64,000 bases of DNA from a virus. Positions 55,462 through 63,349 of this stretch are shown here, piece by piece (positions within the stretch are counted from its first letter, which is position 1; each line of letters opens with the position of its first letter). Made by a program: the position numbers and the translations under genes. The notes beneath the pieces are model-generated. The model ran no database searches, was not told the DNA's origin, and worked only from the letters and a program-made list of their open reading frames with translations. The stretch lies in IMG/VR virus record IMGVR_UViG_3300024324_000009, positions 96,001 to 160,000 of that record; one strand, 5' to 3'.

Positions 55462-57928
55462 TTCTAAATTCTCCTGTGCATATTAATATTTGGATTAGGT
55501 TTGCAAGATTCTTTTCCATAATCTCATTCTTTTTCTTGATGTCTACTTTGCTTGTGTAGTCAACAAACTCTTCACCTTCTGGGGTCTTACCAACTCCTAA
55601 ACCAATCTGTTCTGCTTGCTCTGTATCTTTTAGATAAAAATCCATCGCTGCTTCAAATTCAACTTTAGATGGTGGCCTTCCAAGAATCTTTTGCCATATA
55701 CTATGAAGATTATTATGGTGCAATAGCCTTGGCATGGTTCTACCCATCCTCATATTATTTTGCCATATCTCTTTTGCCATTTCTTTACACATGGCGATGA
55801 TCTTTGGATTGTTCATTAAGAATAATGCTTGAGTACTAACTGTTGTTACATTTCTTTCTGCTGCCAGCAGGCTATTGTCTGGACGATCAAACATATCAAG
55901 TATCTCAATCTTATTATCCCTTAACGATGGAATATAAATTGATCTAGCTTTAGTTTCCCCAATATATTTTCTTAATTCTTTTCCCGGTGCTTTAATTCCT
56001 GTTTGTATCTCACTTATGTTCTTATGCGACCCCTCTAGTTTGCCTGAGACAAATAACAGAGTGTCCCTAATTTGTTCAGCCTCTAATCTTTTCTCATTCA
56101 TTCTCCAAACGTAAACATTGTCTGGGTCAATCTCAAAATTATCTTTATTGAAGTTACTACTGCGTTTATATGCGTCACTCATAACGATAGTTTTAATTAG
56201 TCGCTTGTTTGACAATTTACCAGTAACAAACTTACTTGAAAGATAGTTCATTAGTTTAAGATTGCTTGGCTCACCACCAAGTATACCAAAATTATCAAAG
56301 CTGTCAAGTATACCTTTTCCAAAAAGATGTCGCCATACCCTGTTCACATGAACTCTGTAAGTCAGAGGATTAGTTTTATGTGCTATCCATTCTGCCAGTT
56401 CATAACGTCCACTGGTATTATCAAAGTTGAGAAATGGTCTGTCACTAAATATTTCAGGCAATCTTCTTGGCACTTCATCACCAAGATTATTAACTTCTCC
56501 CCTGATTGCAATTTTAATCTCAGTCATTTTAGTCTTGTCTTTTACAGACATTATAGGCTCAAGAAATTCTAGATAAGCTAAATCTTTTTCATTAAGTTTA
56601 GTCTTGGCCTCATCTAATCTCTTTTGTCTTTTATCTGTCTCTCTTTTAAGTTGTTCTGGAGTAACTCTTTTGCTCCAAGTTTTAATAGATTCTAATTGTG
56701 CTTCTAAGTTCTTGGTCTCACATAAAGCTAACCATCTCTCAATCTGTCTTTGCTTGTACAGGCTTTCAGTTTCTTTTGTGACTAAAAAATCGTAATCACC
56801 AAGATAGCCTGTATTATTATTACCTCTATATAATCCATCAAGGTTTTGTGTGTTACTAAATAAACCAGCAACACCATAGTAGTCTTCTTGGCTAAATGGA
56901 TCAAACTTGTGATCATGGCATCTTGCACAACTCAGAGTCATGCCAAGAAAACCTCTTGTAACTGCGTCTATTTGGTCGTCGTTGCGGTCTGCTTCAAACT
57001 GTCTAGTCTGTGCCTGTATATTTTTTGTACCTATTGTTAAAAAGCCTGTGGCAATTCTATTAATATTATATTCTTCATAGCTTTTATGTGGTAATAGATC
57101 GCCTGCAATTTGCTCTTTTATAAAATCATCGAATGGTTTGTCATTGTTAAAACTATCAATAACATAATCTCGATACCTCCAAGCATACGGACTAACCAAA
57201 TTTCTGTCTGAACCAGATGATTCTCCATATCTGGCTACATCTAACCAGTGTCTTCCCCATTTTTCTCCAAAGCCTTCGTCATCAAGTAAAGTATCGACTA
57301 AATTTTCATAACGATCTTCACTCTTATTCTGCATAAACTGCCTCATCTGTATTTCACTTGGGGGCAAACCAATAAGATCAAAATATAGTCTACGCATTAT
57401 AGTATAGTCTTCTGCTAATTCACTAGGCTTTAAACCATGCTTATCTAAATCTAATTGCAGTATTGCATCTATCTCTGTACCATCGTCATACTTTGCTACA
57501 GGAGGACGCTGAACTTTTTTGAATGACCAGAACTGTCTAGCCTGCCTAAGTTCTATTGCTCTATTCTCATGCTTGTATCGTGGGTCAGGCATTCCCATTT
57601 TAATCCATTGTCGGAATAATTCAACAGTCTTTTCATCTAGTGGTTGATCAGGAGGCATGTCACCAGACTCTACATAGTCAAAAAGAGAACTCTCTTCTGG
57701 CTTACCCGGAACCACACTTGGCCCAGAATCACCACCGTTTAATATACCTTGCCTAGTATCTATGGCAAATCCACCTTTAGTTTTTTCTGAGGCAGATGAA
57801 TGACATGAATAACATTGGGTTTGTAACACTGGTAAGATATTATCATTAAAAAATTTGACACCACTTTTATCTTGACTATAAGCTATACTAGCAGATAGTG
57901 CAACAACAATAGCGATAACATATTTCAT
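55451..57928 (-). CDS. planctomycete cytochrome c protein with DUF1549 and DUF1553 domains
   Basis: signal peptide; CYSCH..MPP; RRLYFDLIGLPP; RHWLDVARY; CARCHDHKFDP; VNRVW..LFG.G; QALFLMN. Confidence 0.93.
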   Translation of the reverse strand: MKYVIAIVVALSASIAYSQDKSGVKFFNDNILPVLQTQCYSCHSSASEKTKGGFAIDTRQGILNGGDSGPSVVPGKPEESSLFDYVESGDMPPDQPLDEKTVELFRQWIKMGMPDPRYKHENRAIELRQARQFWSFKKVQRPPVAKYDDGTEIDAILQLDLDKHGLKPSELAEDYTIMRRLYFDLIGLPPSEIQMRQFMQNKSEDRYENLVDTLLDDEGFGEKWGRHWLDVARYGESSGSDRNLVSPYAWRYRDYVIDSFNNDKPFDDFIKEQIAGDLLPHKSYEEYNINRIATGFLTIGTKNIQAQTRQFEADRNDDQIDAVTRGFLGMTLSCARCHDHKFDPFSQEDYYGVAGLFSNTQNLDGLYRGNNNTGYLGDYDFLVTKETESLYKQRQIERWLALCETKNLEAQLESIKTWSKRVTPEQLKRETDKRQKRLDEAKTKLNEKDLAYLEFLEPIMSVKDKTKMTEIKIAIRGEVNNLGDEVPRRLPEIFSDRPFLNFDNTSGRYELAEWIAHKTNPLTYRVHVNRVWRHLFGKGILDSFDNFGILGGEPSNLKLMNYLSSKFVTGKLSNKRLIKTIVMSDAYKRSSNFNKDNFEIDPDNVYVWRMNEKRLEAEQIRDTLLFVSGKLEGSHKNISEIQTGIKAPGKELRKYIGETKARSIYIPSLRDNKIEILDMFDRPDNSLLAAERNVTTVSTQALFLMNNPKIIAMCKEMAKEIWQNNMRMGRTMPRLLHHNNLHSIWQKILGRPPSKVEFEAAMDFYLKDTEQAEQIGLGVGKTPEGEEFVDYTSKVDIKKKNEIMEKNLANLIQILICTGEFRNVQ

Positions 57929-57929
57929 A

Positions 57930-59252
57930 TTAAACCTCTCTTGCTTTGCCATGTAGATGTTTGAAGGTTGGAAATCTTAGGCTTATCCCACCTTCCTGAT
58001 TTGTAGTCTCCTCAAAATATTGTACCAAAATAACCATGCCCTTAATTAGGTCAGGATTATTGTAAAACTCCTGTCTTTGATCAATAGTGAATCCACTTCC
58101 AACTCGTACATGATGTCCTCTATGGGTAATATACACACAACTGAGCATTTCTTCCTCACATTCTGCACCATCCTTGACATATCGAAATGGCCCCATTTCT
58201 ACGTCATCTACGGTATATTCAGCATCCTGAAAGGTTTTAACTTTTAACAGGTCTTTTGACCTTTTACCTTTATATGTCGTGTTCTTACGAAGCATTACGC
58301 CTTCCCAGCCGTATTTGTCAGCCTGTTTAGACCAGAACTGTAAACCTTCATCATCTTTGACAATACTCATTCTTAGGACACTGAGACAAGGACATTCGTT
58401 CTTCTCCATAGCCAAGGCTAATTCAGTCATTCTCATTTCCAGATTACTCTTGCTTGAGCCTTTTTGGAAGTCATTAAAGTCAATCATGTCAAAGATTTTA
58501 AATGACGGGTTTTTAATTGTATGGTCTTTCTTGCGAATCTGTTTCATTACACCTTGAAAATCCTCATTTCCATCATCATCAATCAGACACAACTCACCGT
58601 CTAAAACTTTGTTAGTAAGTTGTAGACCCTTAATGCCATCATAAACAACACCAAGAGTAGTGATTTCTTTTCCTGTACGGGTATAGAAGTTAATGTCACC
58701 AAAAGCGTCAATAATAGCAACACATCTAACACCATCCAATTTACGAGAAACATACCAACCCTCTCCCCATTCGTGTTTGTCAGGATTAAACTTATCCGCT
58801 AAAGCAACATTAAATTGTCTGATAAGACCGGGAACAGCCTTGTTGATGAGTTTAGCACCTGTCCTAGTTTTTAAATCTTTATCAAGAATTAGATACACCA
58901 GTTCCTCATCATGTGGAAACTTTTTGATATATGTATTGATAATTCTAACAGCGTCATGTCCAGTATATCTACCAGTGCGTAAATCACTAAACAGTGATGC
59001 TAAACCATATCCGGGTTCACAATCACCAAAGGAGAGGTCAGGACGTTTCTTCACCTGCTTACTGGTAATATTGTACATACTGTACGGACAGTATGCCATG
59101 CTGAGTACGGTCTTTGCAAAGAGTTGATTGCCGTTCTGTTCCTCAACGCCGCCTGTGTATTCCAGCAAGATGTCCAATTTGTCATTGGTACTGCTGTTGT
59201 GTCGTAGTTCCTCGATCATGTCCATAACGTGTAGTGTAGCTTGTTTAGTCAT
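57930..59252 (-). CDS. ATP-dependent DNA ligase
   Basis: KLDGVR, LDGE, FD, EGVMLR, LLKVK, VGSG, SLRFP. Confidence 0.95.
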   Translation of the reverse strand: MTKQATLHVMDMIEELRHNSSTNDKLDILLEYTGGVEEQNGNQLFAKTVLSMAYCPYSMYNITSKQVKKRPDLSFGDCEPGYGLASLFSDLRTGRYTGHDAVRIINTYIKKFPHDEELVYLILDKDLKTRTGAKLINKAVPGLIRQFNVALADKFNPDKHEWGEGWYVSRKLDGVRCVAIIDAFGDINFYTRTGKEITTLGVVYDGIKGLQLTNKVLDGELCLIDDDGNEDFQGVMKQIRKKDHTIKNPSFKIFDMIDFNDFQKGSSKSNLEMRMTELALAMEKNECPCLSVLRMSIVKDDEGLQFWSKQADKYGWEGVMLRKNTTYKGKRSKDLLKVKTFQDAEYTVDDVEMGPFRYVKDGAECEEEMLSCVYITHRGHHVRVGSGFTIDQRQEFYNNPDLIKGMVILVQYFEETTNQEGGISLRFPTFKHLHGKAREV

Positions 59253-59294
59253 AATCCATCCTCCAAAATCCTGTGAAATAAGTCGTATGCTACA

Positions 59295-59322
59295 AGTATA
59301 ACATTAGTTATCGGTTTGTCAA
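59295..59322 (-). promoter_or_regulatory. sigma70-type promoter TTGACA-N16-TATACT
   Basis: read directly upstream of the ligase. Confidence 0.8.
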
Positions 59323-59332
59323 GCAGAAAACT

Positions 59333-59554
59333 TTATTCTTTTATTGCTTCTATCTGAGAACACAGAATTTGTTTTTCTATTTCAGCGGTATGTAGATCAG
59401 TTTTAAGATCATCTATATCCTGTTGGGCTATAGTGTTTTTAACTATATTATTAGCGTTTTCATACTTAGTAATTTTTTGTTCTAAGTTTTTAGATATTAT
59501 TTTTTGTTGTTGGTATTTTAATTCTAGTATTTTTAATGTAGTTGATTCATCCAT
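59333..59554 (-). CDS. coiled-coil hypothetical protein
   Basis: 73-aa ORF coupled to the upstream gene. Confidence 0.55.
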   Translation of the reverse strand: MDESTTLKILELKYQQQKIISKNLEQKITKYENANNIVKNTIAQQDIDDLKTDLHTAEIEKQILCSQIEAIKE

Positions 59555-59759
59555 TGTCAGTAAAGTCTTTCTTTAACTTAGTTAACAAATTAGCACCTGC
59601 TGTTGGAAAGAAACAGGGAAATATAGAATGTGTTATTAATTTAAATGCAGTGACAAGTACAGACACAGCATGTCCACCAGCAAATATAAAATGCTGAGAC
59701 CAATTCATTTTATTATCATCCAAATGAGTATTCCACTCAGTAACCAAATAGTGTAGCAT
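59547..59759 (-). CDS. DUF6356-like protein
   Basis: HL....M...QH..FA.......H.IFP.FF; GGAGG RBS; GGTGTA at 59783. Confidence 0.7.
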   Translation of the reverse strand: MLHYLVTEWNTHLDDNKMNWSQHFIFAGGHAVSVLVTAFKLITHSIFPCFFPTAGANLLTKLKKDFTDNG

Positions 59760-59792
59760 AGTAATACCTCCATGCTACTTATTACACCAAAT

Positions 59793-60092
59793 TTAGTCAA
59801 CTTTTTTATAAAGATGTGCGTTATGATGCTTTCTGTGACAGTTGCTACACAATACGACACACTTATCTATCTCTTCAATTATTCTTTCAAATTTTGTACC
59901 ATTCTTTGTTGCCGTATTCATACTAAAAGACTTGGCACTTTCATCTACATGATGGAAGTCTAAAACTGCCGGATGATCTTCACCACATATAGCACATGGT
60001 ATTTTATAGGAAGTTATTAAATCCTGAACTTTAGCCTTACGTTCATTTGCTCTAGCATGAATTTTCTTCCATTCAAACTGTTGCTCCGACAT
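59793..60092 (-). CDS. small HNH endonuclease (99 aa)
   Basis: CAICG.DHPA.LDFHH, EI.KC.VLCSNCHR..H; start placed at MSEQQF behind AGGAG. Confidence 0.85.
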   Translation of the reverse strand: MSEQQFEWKKIHARANERKAKVQDLITSYKIPCAICGEDHPAVLDFHHVDESAKSFSMNTATKNGTKFERIIEEIDKCVVLCSNCHRKHHNAHLYKKVD

Positions 60093-60113
60093 GCCGTCTC
60101 CTAGTTGTATTAA

Positions 60114-60274
60114 TGGGTGGGGAGGATTTTCGGTATCACCTCCAACTTTCAGGGCAAGATACGTCAGTATTTCCCTAGTCGCACCACCTTCCAAACATTC
60201 AGACATTTGCCCATCATGTAAGGTCAGTGTACCTTGTGGTCTCTTGCTTGCTCCCACATTTCAGTCACCACCCA
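60114..60274 (-). ncRNA. structured ncRNA resembling manA/skipping-rope-type motifs
   Basis: closing stem TGGGTGG/CCACCCA; GTGACTGAA; AAGGT/ACCTT; GGGCAA/TTGCCC; GGTGGTGC; GAAAGTT then GGAGG/CCTCC hairpin. Confidence 0.65.
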
Positions 60275-60299
60275 GTAGCACAGGAGCGACCCGCACTAC

Positions 60300-60584
60300 T
60301 TATATTGTTTCTAATTCTCTAGTTTCCTTTAAATCTAACCATTGTAAGTCGTATACCCCACAGCAAAAGAACATCCAAATATTTAAATGTTGTTTACTCA
60401 TGTGGTTTTCATCGACAAACTTAAATTCCTTTTCTATATTAATATGTATCATACTCTCATCATAATGAAAGTAACTAATTTTGTTTTTCCTGCCATCACA
60501 AACCCATTTGGTAATTGGATGGTAAATTATTTGTGCCGCTAAGTATGCTATACCTAAAACGGCACAAACTATAAATCTTTTCAT
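60300..60584 (-). CDS. membrane-anchored hypothetical protein
   Basis: hydrophobic N-terminus; ATGA coupling. Confidence 0.55.
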   Translation of the reverse strand: MKRFIVCAVLGIAYLAAQIIYHPITKWVCDGRKNKISYFHYDESMIHINIEKEFKFVDENHMSKQHLNIWMFFCCGVYDLQWLDLKETRELETI

Positions 60585-60910
60585 TCTTCTTCTGCTGGGT
60601 CTGGTGCAGGCAAATCAGTTGGTACAGGTGTGATGCTTATGAGACTGCTCAGGTCACAGTTAGCACTTTCTTCCCTGTTAGGAACTGCCTTAGTCGCCAG
60701 TATCTCACCAGTAGCCTTGTCAGTTATTGTGCAAAGGTGAACACATTGTGTGTATCCATCGTTGCCTACGTTTGCTTCTACTAATTGGTAAGTTATTGAT
60801 ACGTTTGCGTCTCTGTTCTGCATCATTGTCTCCTGTTTGTTAGTTGTTATATCTATTATACCGGCATCTTCTAAGTTGTCAAGTACACCATTCTTAATTT
60901 TTGTTTTCAA
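60581..60910 (-). CDS. hypothetical protein
   Basis: 109-aa ORF; start uncertain. Confidence 0.55.
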   Translation of the reverse strand: MKTKIKNGVLDNLEDAGIIDITTNKQETMMQNRDANVSITYQLVEANVGNDGYTQCVHLCTITDKATGEILATKAVPNREESANCDLSSLISITPVPTDLPAPDPAEEE

Positions 60911-61376
60911 GTAAATTATACAGGATATTGGTCTGAACCCCTACATCAATAAAATCTGTGTCATTATAGACAAACCCTGCATCATTGACTACTTCTGTAA
61001 TTAAATAAAATGATTCAGGAGTAAAGTAAGGGAGATTTGCCGGATCGTTTACTTCGTTACGAGCCTTAACAATCTCAAGCCTATTATACCCAGTATTATC
61101 ATCCATGCCGGTGAGCCAATCTCTGGCATCATCTAAATCAAATGTACCGTCTTGAACATAAGAAGCAAATACCTCATCGTAAATATCTTGACCTGCTAAT
61201 CCTGCTCTATTTATTTTAATGTTAGTCGGTGCTACTTCTGGCAATGACTCAGGTAGTTCGGGTAAGACTTGTCCCGGTCTTAGCAAAAGGATTGGTTCAG
61301 GATAAACGTGTCCTTCTGGGATAGGAGGCCCGTAAACATCTGCTGCCAATAGTCTTTTGTTTTCTAATTTTTCCAT
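60894..61376 (-). CDS. protein with planctomycete LExRxLL(A) extracellular motif
   Basis: N-terminus MEKLENKRLLAAD. Confidence 0.7.
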   Translation of the reverse strand: MEKLENKRLLAADVYGPPIPEGHVYPEPILLLRPGQVLPELPESLPEVAPTNIKINRAGLAGQDIYDEVFASYVQDGTFDLDDARDWLTGMDDNTGYNRLEIVKARNEVNDPANLPYFTPESFYLITEVVNDAGFVYNDTDFIDVGVQTNILYNLLENKN

Positions 61377-61452
61377 AATTTGTTTCCAATTTTTATTATA
61401 GCTTTAGCTAATAATACGCCACATGCTATTTCTAATATTCTTATTAAGTCTA

Positions 61453-62349
61453 TCACTTGTCGCTCATCCCACGACCTGCACTTGGCCCAGCAGATGGATC
61501 AAATGTCTTTTCATAATCTTCTGTAACTGCTCGACCTATCTGTGATTCCCAATCTCTGTTGAGTCTCACTTCGTCGTTCTTCTTTATTGTACCATCTAAA
61601 ACTGGCGTGTCAACTCCTAATTCATTTGCTACATACTTTAGTGCCGCAATATCTTTAGGAAAGCAATGACCACCATAACCGAAATCACCGTCAGGGCCGG
61701 GAACAGTCCAGTGGGAGTTACCCAGACGTTTATCATATTTTGCATATTCAACCACCTTATCATAGTCAATATCTAATTGTTTGCATATTTGATTTAGTTC
61801 ATTAGCAAAAGATACCTTGGTTGCTAAAAAACAATTAGTAGCATACTTAACCATCTCTGCTACTCTTGCCCTAGTTTTAATTACAGTGGCTTCAGGGAAT
61901 GCTTTATTAAATACAGTAATTACTGCACTAACATCTTTATCATTTACTCCTAATACAACTCTTGTTTGATTCTTATAATCTGCTACAGCATTAGCCTCAG
62001 TTAAAAACTCAGGATTAAATATAATGTTTAGGTTGGTAAACTTAGCAGCAAATCTATCTGTGGTTCCCGGTGGAATAGTAGACTTAATTAATACTGGTAT
62101 TGGTTTATCGTAAGCATTAATTAGTTCTAATGTATTTTCTAAGTTTGTTGTGTCACATTCGCCTGATGTTTTCATGGGCGTAGGCAGACATACAAAAAGC
62201 ATATCCGAATGATGAACAAGATTAGGCATACTAAGTGTACACTTACTAGCCACTAAATCAAATGTGTGTACTTTATAATAATCTTTAAAACCTTCCTTGA
62301 CGCTGTTGCCGACAAAACCTTGTCCTATTATACCTATTGTTTCAATCAT
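61453..62349 (-). CDS. UDP-glucose/GDP-mannose dehydrogenase family protein
   Basis: GQGFVG, CLPTP, KSTIPPGT, NPEFL.E, AEMVKY..N, GYGGHCFPKD. Confidence 0.92.
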   Translation of the reverse strand: MIETIGIIGQGFVGNSVKEGFKDYYKVHTFDLVASKCTLSMPNLVHHSDMLFVCLPTPMKTSGECDTTNLENTLELINAYDKPIPVLIKSTIPPGTTDRFAAKFTNLNIIFNPEFLTEANAVADYKNQTRVVLGVNDKDVSAVITVFNKAFPEATVIKTRARVAEMVKYATNCFLATKVSFANELNQICKQLDIDYDKVVEYAKYDKRLGNSHWTVPGPDGDFGYGGHCFPKDIAALKYVANELGVDTPVLDGTIKKNDEVRLNRDWESQIGRAVTEDYEKTFDPSAGPSAGRGMSDK

Positions 62350-62525
62350 ATTACTCTCTCGTCTGGTGCTTGGTCGAAAAATTCTATGTTTTGTCTGATT
62401 ATTACTGGTGCTATCTCTTTCTCTAATTGTAGAATGTGTCTCTGTTGCACAAAGTTCATGACAATAGAGAGTATAAGTAGCATATATATAATATAAGTTG
62501 TTGGATGTATTTCGTAATATTTCAT
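62346..62525 (-). CDS. small hypothetical protein (59 aa)
   Basis: MKYYEIHPTTYYIYATYTLSIVMNF...; ATGA coupling. Confidence 0.45.
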   Translation of the reverse strand: MKYYEIHPTTYIIYMLLILSIVMNFVQQRHILQLEKEIAPVIIRQNIEFFDQAPDERVI

Positions 62526-62534
62526 AATAGTATT

Positions 62535-62575
62535 AAAAAACCACCAGCAGGAAAGGAGGTTATCCTGCTGATGGT
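62535..62575 (-). terminator. intrinsic terminator with anti-Shine-Dalgarno loop
   Basis: ACCATCAGCAGGA-TAACCTCCTT-TCCTGCTGGTGGT followed by a T run. Confidence 0.85.
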
Positions 62576-62584
62576 GCTGCTTGA

Positions 62585-62803
62585 CTAGCGACGACTACGC
62601 TTGCCAGTACTTTCTAAACCATAACGAGTTTCACCTTTGCGACCCTTGACACGAGTCACAGAATATCCCTGCTTTCGCACCATTGGCTTGATGTCGCTGA
62701 TGGTTGCCCTAAGATTGCCAACCTCAAACATTGAGTAGGCACTGTCCTGAGACAAGGTTTTCCCTCTTGTCAAATAATTAATTACACGATCCTGCTTAGT
62801 CAT
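62585..62803 (-). CDS. small basic winged-HTH DNA-binding protein
   Basis: KQDRVINYL..G..L....A...F.V.NL.A.ISD....GY...YGL; own promoter and terminator. Confidence 0.75.
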   Translation of the reverse strand: MTKQDRVINYLTRGKTLSQDSAYSMFEVGNLRATISDIKPMVRKQGYSVTRVKGRKGETRYGLESTGKRSRR

Positions 62804-62842
62804 AAATCAACTCCTCTGTTAAAAATTAAACTTCCTATAGCT

Positions 62843-62870
62843 ATTATACCATATAATAGTGTTTTGTCAA
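62843..62870 (-). promoter_or_regulatory. sigma70-type promoter TTGACA-N16-TATAAT
   Basis: perfect hexamers. Confidence 0.88.
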
Positions 62871-63349
62871 GTCGGCAAATGCAATTTATTGATCGGCATA
62901 TTATAACAATCTGCTTTAACCCTAAAACCATTATCTCCGTCAATCTGTCCCTTTTGTAAAAACTTAGCATCTTTAAAGTATTGTTCTTTATCGTACTCTC
63001 CCAGAATCCATGCTTTACTATACTCATTGTTAGTATACAAAACCCTGACGAATATGTATTTATGACATTTCTGTCTTGTATTAAATGCCGCTACACTACA
63101 TTCATAATAGTCTCTGGGTCTACTCGTACATCTCTTTGTCTTTACATCATATAAAACATTATCTTTTACAACATCATAATCATAAGTATTATTTATATTG
63201 CCTCCTATATAATCTTTAACTATGTCTTCTCCTATAATGCCTGCCAGATTTCCCTGACCAGATGTTATAGAGTTATTTAAGTGACCGATGTCATTAGCCC
63301 TATCAAGAGCATTCTCTACCATGTCGTTTGTAATATCTATTTCAATCAT
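62867..63349 (-). CDS. PD-(D/E)xK nuclease-like protein
   Basis: G.IGE, YDYD, YDVKTK. Confidence 0.7.
   Translation of the reverse strand: MIEIDITNDMVENALDRANDIGHLNNSITSGQGNLAGIIGEDIVKDYIGGNINNTYDYDVVKDNVLYDVKTKRCTSRPRDYYECSVAAFNTRQKCHKYIFVRVLYTNNEYSKAWILGEYDKEQYFKDAKFLQKGQIDGDNGFRVKADCYNMPINKLHLPT

Noticed and set aside
49873-57928. Host chromosomal DNA or a prophage boundary
   Set aside because: The planctomycete-type genes overlap or abut phage genes and share their base composition and CCWGG avoidance; no integrase or att site seen
251-59252. Inteins or introns in recA, nrdJ, ruvB or ligase
   Set aside because: Lengths are normal and motifs contiguous
60093-60257. 55-aa N-terminal extension of the HNH protein
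   Set aside because: A better RBS and ATG lie at 60092 and the region folds as an RNA
60250-60300. HDV-like ribozyme
   Set aside because: The segment between the candidate P1 strands is too short for P2, P3 and L3
366-62496. Numerous plus-strand ORFs in the ORF track
   Set aside because: They are antisense shadows of well-supported minus-strand genes, with no RBS or motifs; only 39530..40111 is credible
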